A stretch of DNA of 64,000 nucleotides from an uncultured Rhodovulum sp. (GTDB taxonomy: Bacteria > Pseudomonadota > Alphaproteobacteria > Rhodobacterales > Rhodobacteraceae). A program made the position numbers and the translations under genes. Shown here piece after piece: positions 53,012 to 61,809 of the stretch; position 1 is the stretch's first letter, and each line of letters begins with the position of its first letter. Below the pieces are notes generated by a model. The model saw only the letters and a program-made list of their open reading frames with translations, was not told the origin of the DNA and ran no database searches. The DNA lies in contig CAYLHK010000002.1 of assembly GCA_964383295.1 (NCBI GenBank), forward strand, positions 31,043-95,042, read 5' to 3'.

Positions 53012-53551
53012 ATGCCGCTCGTCACCGCCCGCATCGCCCGCGAACGCACCCTCGCGACGCTCACCCGCAACCTCTTCGTCATCGAGGGTCCCGACGCCCC
53101 CGAGAAACAGCGCCTGGCCGAGGCGGCGCTCCTGCGCGCCAATCCCCAGCTCGCCGATCGCGATGCGTTCCAGAGCGGCACCGTCGTCCTCATCCCCGCC
53201 GACATCGGCCTGTCGCGCACCGACCGGGTCACCACGCGCGAGGAGGGGCCGGGCGGTCTGCTCGGCGAGTACGAGGAACGCCTCGCCCAGATGCGCGCCA
53301 TCGTCCAACAGGAACTGAAGGCCGAAGCGACGGCCGCGCGGCAATACCTCGCGCAGATCGACGAGGGCGGCTTTCGCGAGGCGATCCTAAAGGCCGCTCC
53401 GGGCGACGGCGAGCGGCTGCTTGCCGAAGCCAAGGATAACCAGTCCGCCCGGATGGAGAGTGCCGAGACCCGTGCCGCCACGCTCGCTACCGCGCTCGAC
53501 GCCGCCCAGGCCGATCTGAAGGCCCTGCTCTCCCGCGCCCGTCCGCGTTAA
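53012..53551 (+). CDS. Hypothetical protein (tail-X/LysM-like segment + coiled coil), last eCIS gene
   Basis: GAGGAG RBS; LLRANPQL..GTVVLIP; helical C-terminus. Confidence 0.65.
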   Translation: MPLVTARIARERTLATLTRNLFVIEGPDAPEKQRLAEAALLRANPQLADRDAFQSGTVVLIPADIGLSRTDRVTTREEGPGGLLGEYEERLAQMRAIVQQELKAEATAARQYLAQIDEGGFREAILKAAPGDGERLLAEAKDNQSARMESAETRAATLATALDAAQADLKALLSRARPR

Positions 53552-53635
53552 CGATCCGGGCGCGGGCATGGAGCTGCCATACGCGTTCCATATGCTTTCC
53601 ATACGCGTTCCATACCCCGGAATCCGGCGTTAACC
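53545..53635. repeat. ~91-bp dispersed element, copy 2
   Basis: GCGTTAAC ends 82 bp apart; CCATACGCGTT-CCATATGCTTT-CCATACGCGTT-CCATACCCC. Confidence 0.8.
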
Positions 53636-53806
53636 CGGCACTCGATATTCCCATTTTAACATATCGTTATGCGATATTGCGGGGTCCGAACCCGCATGTT
53701 AGCGTCAAACGTCCGTATCACGCAGCCAGCCGAAACGCCCCCCCGCAGCCTCTGCGGGACGCTCCTCCGGCACTCAGCAACGCATGGGCTTGGGAGGCCT
53801 AAGGAC

Positions 53807-54256
53807 ATGAAAATCAACGTGAATGGCGTCGTCCATGATGTGGACGTCGAGCCAGAGACCCCGCTGCTGTGGGTGCTGCGCGAACAGCTCGCGCTGACCG
53901 GCACCAAATACGGCTGCGGCGTGGCCGCCTGCGGCGCCTGCACCGTCCACATCGACGGTCTGGCCATGCGCTCCTGCGTGATGCAGGTCCAGGACATCGC
54001 CGAAGATCAACACATCGTGACAATCGAAGGCCTCTCCCCCGACCGCTCCCACCCGATCCAGCAGGCCTGGGCCGAGCTCGACGTGCCCCAGTGCGGCTAC
54101 TGCCAGTCCGGCCAGATCATGGCCGCCGCGGCGCTTCTGGCCAACAATCCCGAGCCCACCGACGAAGACATCGACGCGGAGATGGTGAACATCTGCCGCT
54201 GCGGCACCTACAACCGCATCCGCGCCGGCATCAAGCGCGCCGCCGAAATCGCCTGA
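53807..54256 (+). CDS. (2Fe-2S) small subunit, isoquinoline 1-oxidoreductase alpha-like
   Basis: [26 protein letters not shown]. Confidence 0.92.
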   Translation: MKINVNGVVHDVDVEPETPLLWVLREQLALTGTKYGCGVAACGACTVHIDGLAMRSCVMQVQDIAEDQHIVTIEGLSPDRSHPIQQAWAELDVPQCGYCQSGQIMAAAALLANNPEPTDEDIDAEMVNICRCGTYNRIRAGIKRAAEIA

Positions 54257-54270
54257 GGGGAGACGCCAGG

Positions 54271-56442
54271 ATGACCCAGCACTTCTCCATATCCCGCCGC
54301 GGCTTCCTCGCCGGCTCCGCCGCCGCCGGCAGCTTCACCCTCGGGCTGCACCTGCCCTTCGGCACCGAGGCCCGCGCCGAGACCGGCGCCCCCGAAATCA
54401 ACGCCTGGGTGGTGATCCAGCCGGACGACACGGTCGCGATCCGCATCTCGCGCCAGGAAATGGGCCAGGGCACGCTGACCGGCCTCGCCCAGCTCGTCGC
54501 CGAAGAGCTCGAATGCGACTGGTCGAAGGTGACCACAGAATACCCGACGCCGGGCCAGAACGTCGCCCGCGACCGCGTCTGGGGCGATTTCGGCACCGCC
54601 GGCAGCCGCGGCATCCGCGCCTCGCAGCAATACGTGCGTGAAGGTGGCGCTGCGGCGCGCATGATGCTCGTCCAGGCCGCCGCCAACCGCTGGGGCGTCG
54701 ATGCCTCGGCCTGCTCGGCGGCGGAAAGCGTCGTCACCGGCCCCGACGGGCAGACGCTGAGCTATGGCGAGCTTGCCGCCGAGGCGGCCGAGCTGGACAT
54801 TCCGACCGAGATCACCCTCAAGGATCCGGCCGACTGGAAGATCGCGGGCCACCCGGTGCCGCGCCTCGACACCGTCGAGAAGACCGACGGCAGCATGATC
54901 TACAGCATCGACCACACGATGCCCGGGATGCTCAATGCCGCGATCAAGAAGTGCCCGGTCTTCGGCGGCACGCTCGCCAGCTTCGACGCCGACGCGGTCA
55001 GCGGCATGCCCGGTGTCCAGGGGGTGATCCAGGTCGACGACAATGCCGTCGCGGTGGTTGCGGACACGTGGTGGCGCGCCAAGATGGCGCTCGACGCGCT
55101 GCCCATCGAATGGGACCTCGGCCCGAATGCCGATGTCGGCATGGCCGAGATCCACGCCATGCTCGACGAGGGCCTGACGGCGGACGAAGCCTTCATCGGT
55201 AACGAGCAGGGCGATGTCGACGCGGCGATCGCCGACGCGGCGCAGGTCGTGGAGGCGGTCTACCACTTCCCCTACCAGCACCATGCCACCATGGAGCCGA
55301 TGAACGCGACGGCGCTCTGGACCCCGGAGAGCTGCGAGGTCTGGACCGCGACCCAGAACGCCGAGGCGGCGCTGGCCGCGGCATCGACAGCGGCCGAGCT
55401 GCCGATTCCGCAATGCGACATCCATCGCATCAACCCCGGCGGCGGCTTCGGCCGACGCGCGACCAGCCAGGACTTCGTGCATCAGGCGGTCAAGATCGCG
55501 AGGGAGTTCTCCGGCACGCCGGTCAAGCTGATCTGGTCGCGCGAAGAGGACATGCTGCACGGGGTCTACCACCCGATCAGCAAGTGCCGGATGGTCGGGG
55601 CGCTCGACGCCGACGGTAACCTGACGGGCCTGCACATGCGCCTCTCCGGCCAGTCGATCCTGTCCGGTGTCCGCCCAGAGGGCCTGCAGGAGGGCCGCGA
55701 CCCGACGAACTTCCAGGGCCTCAACCCGGACGGCGCCGAAGGGCGGCTCGGATACACGATCCCGAACCTTCTCGTCGACCACGCCATGCGCAACCCGCCG
55801 GTGCCCCCCGGCTTCTGGCGCGGCGTGAACAACAACCAGAACGCCTTCTACCTCGAGAGCTTCATGGACGAGCTGGCTCTCGCGGCGGGTCGCGATCCGC
55901 TGGAGTTCCGCCGCTCGATGATGGCGGACCACCCGCAGCATCTCGGCGTGCTGAACGCGGTGGCCGAGGCCATCGGCTGGGACAGCCCCGCGCCCGAAGG
56001 CGTTCACCGCGGGATCTGCCACCACATGGGGTATGGCAGCTATGTCGCCGCGGCGGCCGAGGTTTCGGTCACCGACAGCGGGCAGATCAAGATCCACCGC
56101 ATCGTGGCTGCCACCGACTGCGGCCATGCGGTCAACCCGCAGCAGATCGCCGCACAGATCGAGGGCTCCTTCGCCTATGGCCTCAGCGCCAGCCTCTTCG
56201 GCGAGATCACCGTCACCGGCGGCAAGGTCGATCAGGAGAACTTCGACACCTATCCGGTGGTGATGATGGCCGACATGCCGGCGGTGGAGTCTATCATCAT
56301 GCCCTCGGGCGGCTTCTGGGGCGGCGTCGGCGAGCCGACGATCTTCGCCGCGACACCGGCGGTGGTGAATGCGATCTTTGCCGCAACCGGCAAGCGCGTG
56401 CGCACGCTGCCGCTGCGCGATGCCGATCTGAGCACGGCCTGA
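54271..56442 (+). CDS. Xanthine dehydrogenase-family molybdopterin subunit, isoquinoline 1-oxidoreductase beta-like, with Tat signal
   Basis: SRRGFL, EMGQG, HATMEP, GGGFGRR, GGVGEP. Confidence 0.92.
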   Translation: MTQHFSISRRGFLAGSAAAGSFTLGLHLPFGTEARAETGAPEINAWVVIQPDDTVAIRISRQEMGQGTLTGLAQLVAEELECDWSKVTTEYPTPGQNVARDRVWGDFGTAGSRGIRASQQYVREGGAAARMMLVQAAANRWGVDASACSAAESVVTGPDGQTLSYGELAAEAAELDIPTEITLKDPADWKIAGHPVPRLDTVEKTDGSMIYSIDHTMPGMLNAAIKKCPVFGGTLASFDADAVSGMPGVQGVIQVDDNAVAVVADTWWRAKMALDALPIEWDLGPNADVGMAEIHAMLDEGLTADEAFIGNEQGDVDAAIADAAQVVEAVYHFPYQHHATMEPMNATALWTPESCEVWTATQNAEAALAAASTAAELPIPQCDIHRINPGGGFGRRATSQDFVHQAVKIAREFSGTPVKLIWSREEDMLHGVYHPISKCRMVGALDADGNLTGLHMRLSGQSILSGVRPEGLQEGRDPTNFQGLNPDGAEGRLGYTIPNLLVDHAMRNPPVPPGFWRGVNNNQNAFYLESFMDELALAAGRDPLEFRRSMMADHPQHLGVLNAVAEAIGWDSPAPEGVHRGICHHMGYGSYVAAAAEVSVTDSGQIKIHRIVAATDCGHAVNPQQIAAQIEGSFAYGLSASLFGEITVTGGKVDQENFDTYPVVMMADMPAVESIIMPSGGFWGGVGEPTIFAATPAVVNAIFAATGKRVRTLPLRDADLSTA

Positions 56443-56451
56443 CCCTTGCGC

Positions 56452-56473
56452 GGGCGGTCCCTCCGGACCGCCC
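56452..56473 (+). other. GC hairpin between iorB-like gene and soxX (no U tract)
   Basis: GGGCGGTCC-CTCC-GGACCGCCC. Confidence 0.55.
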
Positions 56474-56496
56474 CGCTCCACCCCGGGAATCGACCA

Positions 56497-56952
56497 ATGC
56501 TGCCTCTTCCCGCCACGCCGTCCCGGCGCCGGCGAGCCGTGATCGCCGCCCTCGCCTTCTCTGGCGGCCTGTCCGGTGCCGCCGCAGCCCAGGGGATGCC
56601 GCAGCCGCTTACCGACGCGGCTGGCGACGCGTCGCGCGGGCGGGCGATCGTGGTCGACCGGCAGGTGGGGCTCTGTCTGCTCTGCCACACCGGGCCCTTT
56701 CCCGATGCGCCGTTCCAGGGCGATCTCGGTCCCGACCTGACGGGCGTGGGTGCGCGTCTCAGTGCGGACGAGCTGCGTCTCAGGATGGTGGACAGCCGCA
56801 GAATCAACCCGTCCACGATCATGCCCCCCTACCACAGCACCGACGGGCTGGAACGCGTCGGTGCGCGTTGGGAGGGCCGCCCGATCCTCACCGCCCAGGA
56901 GGTGGAAGACGTCGTGACCTACCTGACCACGCTCACCGGATCCCGGCCATGA
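56497..56952 (+). CDS. soxX: SoxX-like c-type cytochrome
   Basis: Signal peptide, GDASRGR, CLLCH, GDLGPDL, NPSTIMPPY, ILTAQEVEDVV. Confidence 0.85.
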   Translation: MLPLPATPSRRRRAVIAALAFSGGLSGAAAAQGMPQPLTDAAGDASRGRAIVVDRQVGLCLLCHTGPFPDAPFQGDLGPDLTGVGARLSADELRLRMVDSRRINPSTIMPPYHSTDGLERVGARWEGRPILTAQEVEDVVTYLTTLTGSRP

Positions 56953-57395
56953 CCACCCGCCGCCACATTCTTGCCATGAGCCTCGGCGCGCCGCTGCTGC
57001 TCGTGCTCGGCCGTCCCGCCTCGGCCACGCCCGAAACGATGCGCGCCGCGATCGACACGTTCACCGGCGGGACCCTGCCCGAGGAAGCGCGGGTCACCCT
57101 CGACATCCCGCTCCTGGTCGAGAACGGCAATACCGTGCCGATGACGGTCCATGTCGACAGTCCGATGACCGTCGATGACCATGTCGCCAGCATCGCCGTC
57201 TTCAACGAGCTGAACCCGCTCCCGCAGGTCGCGGTGTTTCACCTGACACCGCGCTCGGGCCTGGCCACCGTGCAGACCCGCATCCGGCTCGGCGACACGC
57301 AGACGATCACCGCGATCGCTCGGACCAGCGACGGCCGGCTCTGGTCGGCCAGCACCGCGGTGATCGTGACCGCCCCCGCCTGCGCCGAGGAGTAG
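56949..57395 (+). CDS. SoxY paralog with non-canonical C-terminal arm (VTAPACAEE)
   Basis: Tat-like TRRHIL, ENGNTVP, NPLP, TRIRL; lacks the GGCGG end. Confidence 0.85.
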   Translation: MTTRRHILAMSLGAPLLLVLGRPASATPETMRAAIDTFTGGTLPEEARVTLDIPLLVENGNTVPMTVHVDSPMTVDDHVASIAVFNELNPLPQVAVFHLTPRSGLATVQTRIRLGDTQTITAIARTSDGRLWSASTAVIVTAPACAEE

Positions 57396-57400
57396 CCGCC

Positions 57401-57721
57401 ATGTCCACCGCCCGGATCAGCGTTCCCGAGACGGCCCCTCGCGGCGAGATCGTCGAGGTCAAGATCCTGATCGCCCATCCGATGGAAACCGGGTTCCGAA
57501 CCGGCGCGGACGGCCGCCTTGTGCCGCGCGACATCGTCCATTCGCTGCGCTGCACCTACAACGGCGAGGAGGTGTTCCGCGCGGAGCTCTTCCCGGCAAT
57601 CGCCGCCAACCCGTTCTTTTCCTTTCACTTCCTTGCCGACGAGAGCGGCGAGGTGACCCTGGTATGGACCGACGACGGCGGACAGGAGTTCGGCGAAACC
57701 AGGGCGATAACCGTCACATGA
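57401..57721 (+). CDS. soxZ: Sulfur carrier complex protein SoxZ
   Basis: IAHPMETG.R, AIAANPFFSF, WTDD. Confidence 0.88.
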   Translation: MSTARISVPETAPRGEIVEVKILIAHPMETGFRTGADGRLVPRDIVHSLRCTYNGEEVFRAELFPAIAANPFFSFHFLADESGEVTLVWTDDGGQEFGETRAITVT

Positions 57722-58482
57722 CGCCCGTCAGCCGTTGCGCGGTCGCAGCGCTTGCCCTCGCGCTCCATCCGGCAACCGCGTGGGCCGAAGACCGACGCTC
57801 CGGATTCGACGACATGTCCCCATCGACGCAGGCGATGCAGACCGATGATTTCGCCAATCCCGCCATGCTTTGGGTCGAAGAGGGCGAGGCGCTCTTCTCG
57901 ACCCCGGAGGGCGCCGCGGGCCGCGCCTGCGCCGATTGCCACGGCGCGGAGGCGATGGTGGGCGTCGCCGCGCGCTACCCTTCCATCGACGAGACTTCCG
58001 GCGAGGCCGTCGATCTGCAGGATCGCGTGAACCTGTGCCGCGTCCGCCATCAGGAGGCCGACCCCCTGCCCTACGAGAGCCGCCCGCTGCTGGCGTTGAC
58101 CGCCGCGGTCGGAATGCAGTCGCGCGGCCTGCCGATCACGCCCGACGCCGATCCGCGAATGGATGACCTTCGCGAGCGGGGCGAGGATCTCTACCTTGCC
58201 CGCATCGGGCAGCTGAACTTCTCCTGCGCCAACTGTCACGACGATCATGCCGGCGATCATCTCGCCGGGAGCCTGATCCCGCAGGCGCATCCCACCGGCT
58301 ATCCGCTCTACCGGCTCGAATGGCAGGACCTCGGCTCGCTCCAGCGCCGCCTGCGCAACTGCATGACCGGCGTTCGTGCCGAACCTTTCGCCTATGGCGA
58401 CCCTGACTTCATCGCGCTCGAGGCATTCCTGATGGGCCGCGCGGCCGGGATGCCGCTCGAGACCCCCGCCGTGCGCCCCTGA
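57718..58482 (+). CDS. soxA: Diheme SoxA
   Basis: NPAMLWV, CADCH, GQLNFSCANCH, YPLYRL.WQ, RRLRNC..VRAEP. Confidence 0.9.
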   Translation: MTPVSRCAVAALALALHPATAWAEDRRSGFDDMSPSTQAMQTDDFANPAMLWVEEGEALFSTPEGAAGRACADCHGAEAMVGVAARYPSIDETSGEAVDLQDRVNLCRVRHQEADPLPYESRPLLALTAAVGMQSRGLPITPDADPRMDDLRERGEDLYLARIGQLNFSCANCHDDHAGDHLAGSLIPQAHPTGYPLYRLEWQDLGSLQRRLRNCMTGVRAEPFAYGDPDFIALEAFLMGRAAGMPLETPAVRP

Positions 58483-58500
58483 TGGCGGGCTGCGTCCGGC

Positions 58501-58529
58501 CTGTCACCCGCGCGTCTGAAATCCGTCAC
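58501..58529 (+). promoter_or_regulatory. Candidate Pho box
   Basis: CTGTCAC-N4-GCGTCTG-N4-CCGTCAC at 11-bp period upstream of the ABC binding protein gene. Confidence 0.4.
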
Positions 58530-58615
58530 ATTTCCGATGGACAGGACCACTAGGATCATCCGAGTATCAGGTCAGCCGGCCCGGCCACAGGGACGGGATA
58601 CAAGGGAGGTTCAAC

Positions 58616-59638
58616 ATGGTCCGCAAGCTTTCGATTCTCTGCGCAACCGCGCTCACCACCAGCCTCGGCGCCGTTGCCGTTCAGGCCCAGTCGGGCGAGG
58701 TCGTGCTCTACTGCTCCGCCGACGAGGCCATGTGCCGCCTGCTGTCCGAGACGTTCCAGCGCGAGACGGGCATCAACGTGCTGATGACGCGCCGCTCCTC
58801 GGGCGAAACCTATGCGCAGCTCAAGGCCGAGGAAGGCCAGCCGCGCGGCGACGTGTGGTGGGGCGGCACCGGCGACCCGCACCTCCAGGCCGCGACCGAG
58901 GACCTGACCGTCGAGTATCGCTCGCCGATGCTCGAGGAGCTGCAGGACTGGGCGGTGCGTCAGGCCGAGGCGGCCGATTTCAAGACCGTGGGCGTCTATG
59001 CCGGCGCTCTCGGCTACGGCTACAACACCGATCTCGTGGCCGAAAACCCGCCGGCCTGCTGGGAGGACCTGCTCGACGAGCGGTTCCGCGACGACATCCA
59101 GGTGGCGAACCCGAATTCCTCGGGCACGGCCTACACCATGCTCGCGACCTTCGTGCAGCTCATGGGCGAGGACGAGGCCTTCGAGTTCATGAAGGCGCTC
59201 GACGCCAACATCAGCCAGTACACGCAGTCGGGCTCGGCGCCCATCCGCGCCGCCGCCACGGGCGAGACCGCGGTCGGGATCGTCTTCCAGCATGACGCGG
59301 TGGTGCAGCGGGTGAACGGCGCGCCGATCGAGACGGTCGCCCCCTGCGAGGGCACGGGCTACGAGGTCGGCTCCATGAGCCTCGTCGCCGGCGGCCCGAA
59401 CCCCGACAACGCGAAGCTGTTCTACGACTGGGTGCTGACACCGGCCGCGCAGGAACTGGGGCCGCAGGGCAACTCCTACCAGGTGCCGTCGAACAAGAAC
59501 GCGACGACGCCGCCCGAATCGCCGGACCTCGGCTCGATCAAGCTCATCGACTATGACTTCGTGACCTTCGGGGCGACCGAGACGCGCAACCGCCTCCTCG
59601 CGCGCTGGGACGCCGAGATCGGCTCGCTCCAGCAGTGA
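58616..59638 (+). CDS. ABC substrate-binding protein (AfuA-like)
   Basis: Signal peptide, DVWWGGTGDPH, NSSGTAY, GTGYEVG. Confidence 0.85.
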   Translation: MVRKLSILCATALTTSLGAVAVQAQSGEVVLYCSADEAMCRLLSETFQRETGINVLMTRRSSGETYAQLKAEEGQPRGDVWWGGTGDPHLQAATEDLTVEYRSPMLEELQDWAVRQAEAADFKTVGVYAGALGYGYNTDLVAENPPACWEDLLDERFRDDIQVANPNSSGTAYTMLATFVQLMGEDEAFEFMKALDANISQYTQSGSAPIRAAATGETAVGIVFQHDAVVQRVNGAPIETVAPCEGTGYEVGSMSLVAGGPNPDNAKLFYDWVLTPAAQELGPQGNSYQVPSNKNATTPPESPDLGSIKLIDYDFVTFGATETRNRLLARWDAEIGSLQQ

Positions 59639-61809
59639 AGGCGGAGGTCCGAGCGGCCCTCGAGCGGGCGGGAGGGATCTGGCCGACGCTGGGTCTCGCC
59701 GCCGCTCTGGTCCTGCCCTGGTACAAGGTCGGCCCCGGCGGGATGGACAGTGCGGTCGCGCATGTTCTCGCCGGGCGCTGGTGGCTTGCCCCCGTGATTC
59801 TCGCCGTCGTCGTTCTCGGCGCCGTGGCCTGGAACGGCGGCAACTGGCGGGAGCGTCCGGTGGCGCTCTGGCTGCCGGCGCTTGGGCTCGGCCTCTTCGT
59901 CCTGCAGGCCTTCGGCGTCGGGCTCCGGGGGCCGAACATCAGCGGGCTTGCTGCCGTCTTTCCCGCCGCGACCGACGGCCAGCCCGGCCTGGGTTGGGGC
60001 GGGCTCCTCACGGCCGCCGCCTTCGTGGGCCTCATCGCCGAGGCGCTGGCCGCCCGCGGATTCTGCCGCGGCGAGCGGTTCACCGCGAGCGCGGTCGTCT
60101 TCGTCGTCGCGCTGCTCAGCGTGTTCGTCTTCTTCCCGATCGTGAAGCTCGGCATGGCGGCCTTCATCCGCCCCGACGGCAGCTTCGCGGTCTCGCAATT
60201 CATCGAGCGGCTCGCTGCGCCCGAGCTGTGGCGGCTGAACTGCTTCGCCGGCGCGGGGCGCTGCGGCGTCGTCATCAACACCCTGGTGCTCGGCATCCTC
60301 GCCGCCACGCTCTCGACCGCCCTCGGCCTGGCGCTCGCGCTCCTCATGGCCCGGTCGAACTTCCGCTGGAAGGGCGCGCTTCGGGCAATCTCGATCCTGC
60401 CCATCATCACGCCGCCCTTCGTCGTCGGCGTCGCCATCATCGTGCTCTTCGGCCGTACCGGCCTCGTCACCGGCTGGATGGCCGAGCTCTTCGACATCCG
60501 CCCGACCCGCTGGGTCTATGGCCTGCCGGGCATCCTGATGGCCCAGACCCTCGCCTTCGCACCGATCACCTTCCTGGTGCTTCTCGGTACCGTCGAGGCG
60601 ATCAACCCCACGCTCGAAGAGGCCTCCCGCACCCTCGGCGCACGCCGCCTCCAGACGTTCCGCACCGTCACCTGGCCCCTGCTGCGCCCCGGCCTTGCCG
60701 CCGCCTTCCTGCTCGCCTTCATCGAGAGCCTTGCCGACTTCGGCAATCCGATCGTGCTCGGCGGCGGCTACGAGGTGCTTTCGATCAAGATCTTCTTCGC
60801 GGTCGTCGGCGCACGCTACGATCTCGGCAATGCCGCCACGCTGGCGATGATCCTCCTCGCGCTCACGCTCACCGCCTTCTGGCTGCAGCAGCGCTGGCTC
60901 GGACGGGCGAGCTACGTGACCGTCACCGGCAAGTCGGATGCGGGCCTCGCCGCGCCGCTGCCGCCGAGCCTGTTGAAGCTCTCCTACGTGCTGGTTGTGC
61001 CTTTCGTCCTCTTCACGCTGGCGGTCTATGCGATCGTGATGCTCGGGGGCTTCGTCAACGACATCGGACGCTGGGACATGGCGCCGACGTTCCGCCACCT
61101 CGGCACGGCCTTCAACGTCGAAGTCGGCGAGCACGGGCTGCAGTTCCTCGGCTCCGCCTGGAACTCACTGCAGACCACGCTGATCGTCGCGGGCCTCGCC
61201 GCGCCGGTGACCACTGCGATCGGCATCCTGACCGCCTGGCTGATCGCGCGGCAGAACTTCGCCGGCAAGCGCGCCTTCGAGTTCGGAACGCTGCTCTCCT
61301 TCGCCATCCCCGGCACGGTGGTCGGCGTCTCCTATGTCGCCGCCTTCAACGTCCCGCCGATCGACATCACCGGCACGATGATCATCCTCATCATCTGCTT
61401 CACCTTCCGCAACATGCCGGTCGGCATGCGGGCGGGCCTCGCCTCGCTGGCGCAGATCGATCGCTCGATGGAGGAGGCCAGCGCCACGATGGGCGGCAAC
61501 GGCTTCGCCACGCTGCGCCGGGTGGTGCTGCCGCTGGTCAAGCCCGCGATCTTCACCGCGCTGGTCTATTCCTTCGTGACCGCGATGACCGCCGTCTCTG
61601 CGGTGATCTTCCTCGTCTCGGCGCGGCACAACATGGCCACGGCATACATCATGGGGCGTGTGGAATCCGGCGAGTATGCGCTCGCCATCACCTATTCGGC
61701 GGTGCTCATGCTCATCATGATCGCCGCCGTCGCCCTCATCCAGCTCCTCATCGGCCGGCGCCAGCTCGGCCGGCGCGCCGAACTTCAGGGAAGCACACCC
61801 CCGACATGA
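59635..61809 (+). CDS. ABC permease (AfuB/FbpB-like, duplicated domain)
   Basis: Two EAA loops (LEEASRTLGA, MEEASATMG), ADFGNP. Confidence 0.88.
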   Translation: MKAEVRAALERAGGIWPTLGLAAALVLPWYKVGPGGMDSAVAHVLAGRWWLAPVILAVVVLGAVAWNGGNWRERPVALWLPALGLGLFVLQAFGVGLRGPNISGLAAVFPAATDGQPGLGWGGLLTAAAFVGLIAEALAARGFCRGERFTASAVVFVVALLSVFVFFPIVKLGMAAFIRPDGSFAVSQFIERLAAPELWRLNCFAGAGRCGVVINTLVLGILAATLSTALGLALALLMARSNFRWKGALRAISILPIITPPFVVGVAIIVLFGRTGLVTGWMAELFDIRPTRWVYGLPGILMAQTLAFAPITFLVLLGTVEAINPTLEEASRTLGARRLQTFRTVTWPLLRPGLAAAFLLAFIESLADFGNPIVLGGGYEVLSIKIFFAVVGARYDLGNAATLAMILLALTLTAFWLQQRWLGRASYVTVTGKSDAGLAAPLPPSLLKLSYVLVVPFVLFTLAVYAIVMLGGFVNDIGRWDMAPTFRHLGTAFNVEVGEHGLQFLGSAWNSLQTTLIVAGLAAPVTTAIGILTAWLIARQNFAGKRAFEFGTLLSFAIPGTVVGVSYVAAFNVPPIDITGTMIILIICFTFRNMPVGMRAGLASLAQIDRSMEEASATMGGNGFATLRRVVLPLVKPAIFTALVYSFVTAMTAVSAVIFLVSARHNMATAYIMGRVESGEYALAITYSAVLMLIMIAAVALIQLLIGRRQLGRRAELQGSTPPT

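Noticed and set aside
56497..58482. Canonical thiosulfate-oxidising sox cluster
   Set aside because: SoxY lacks GGCGG and soxB/soxCD are absent from the window
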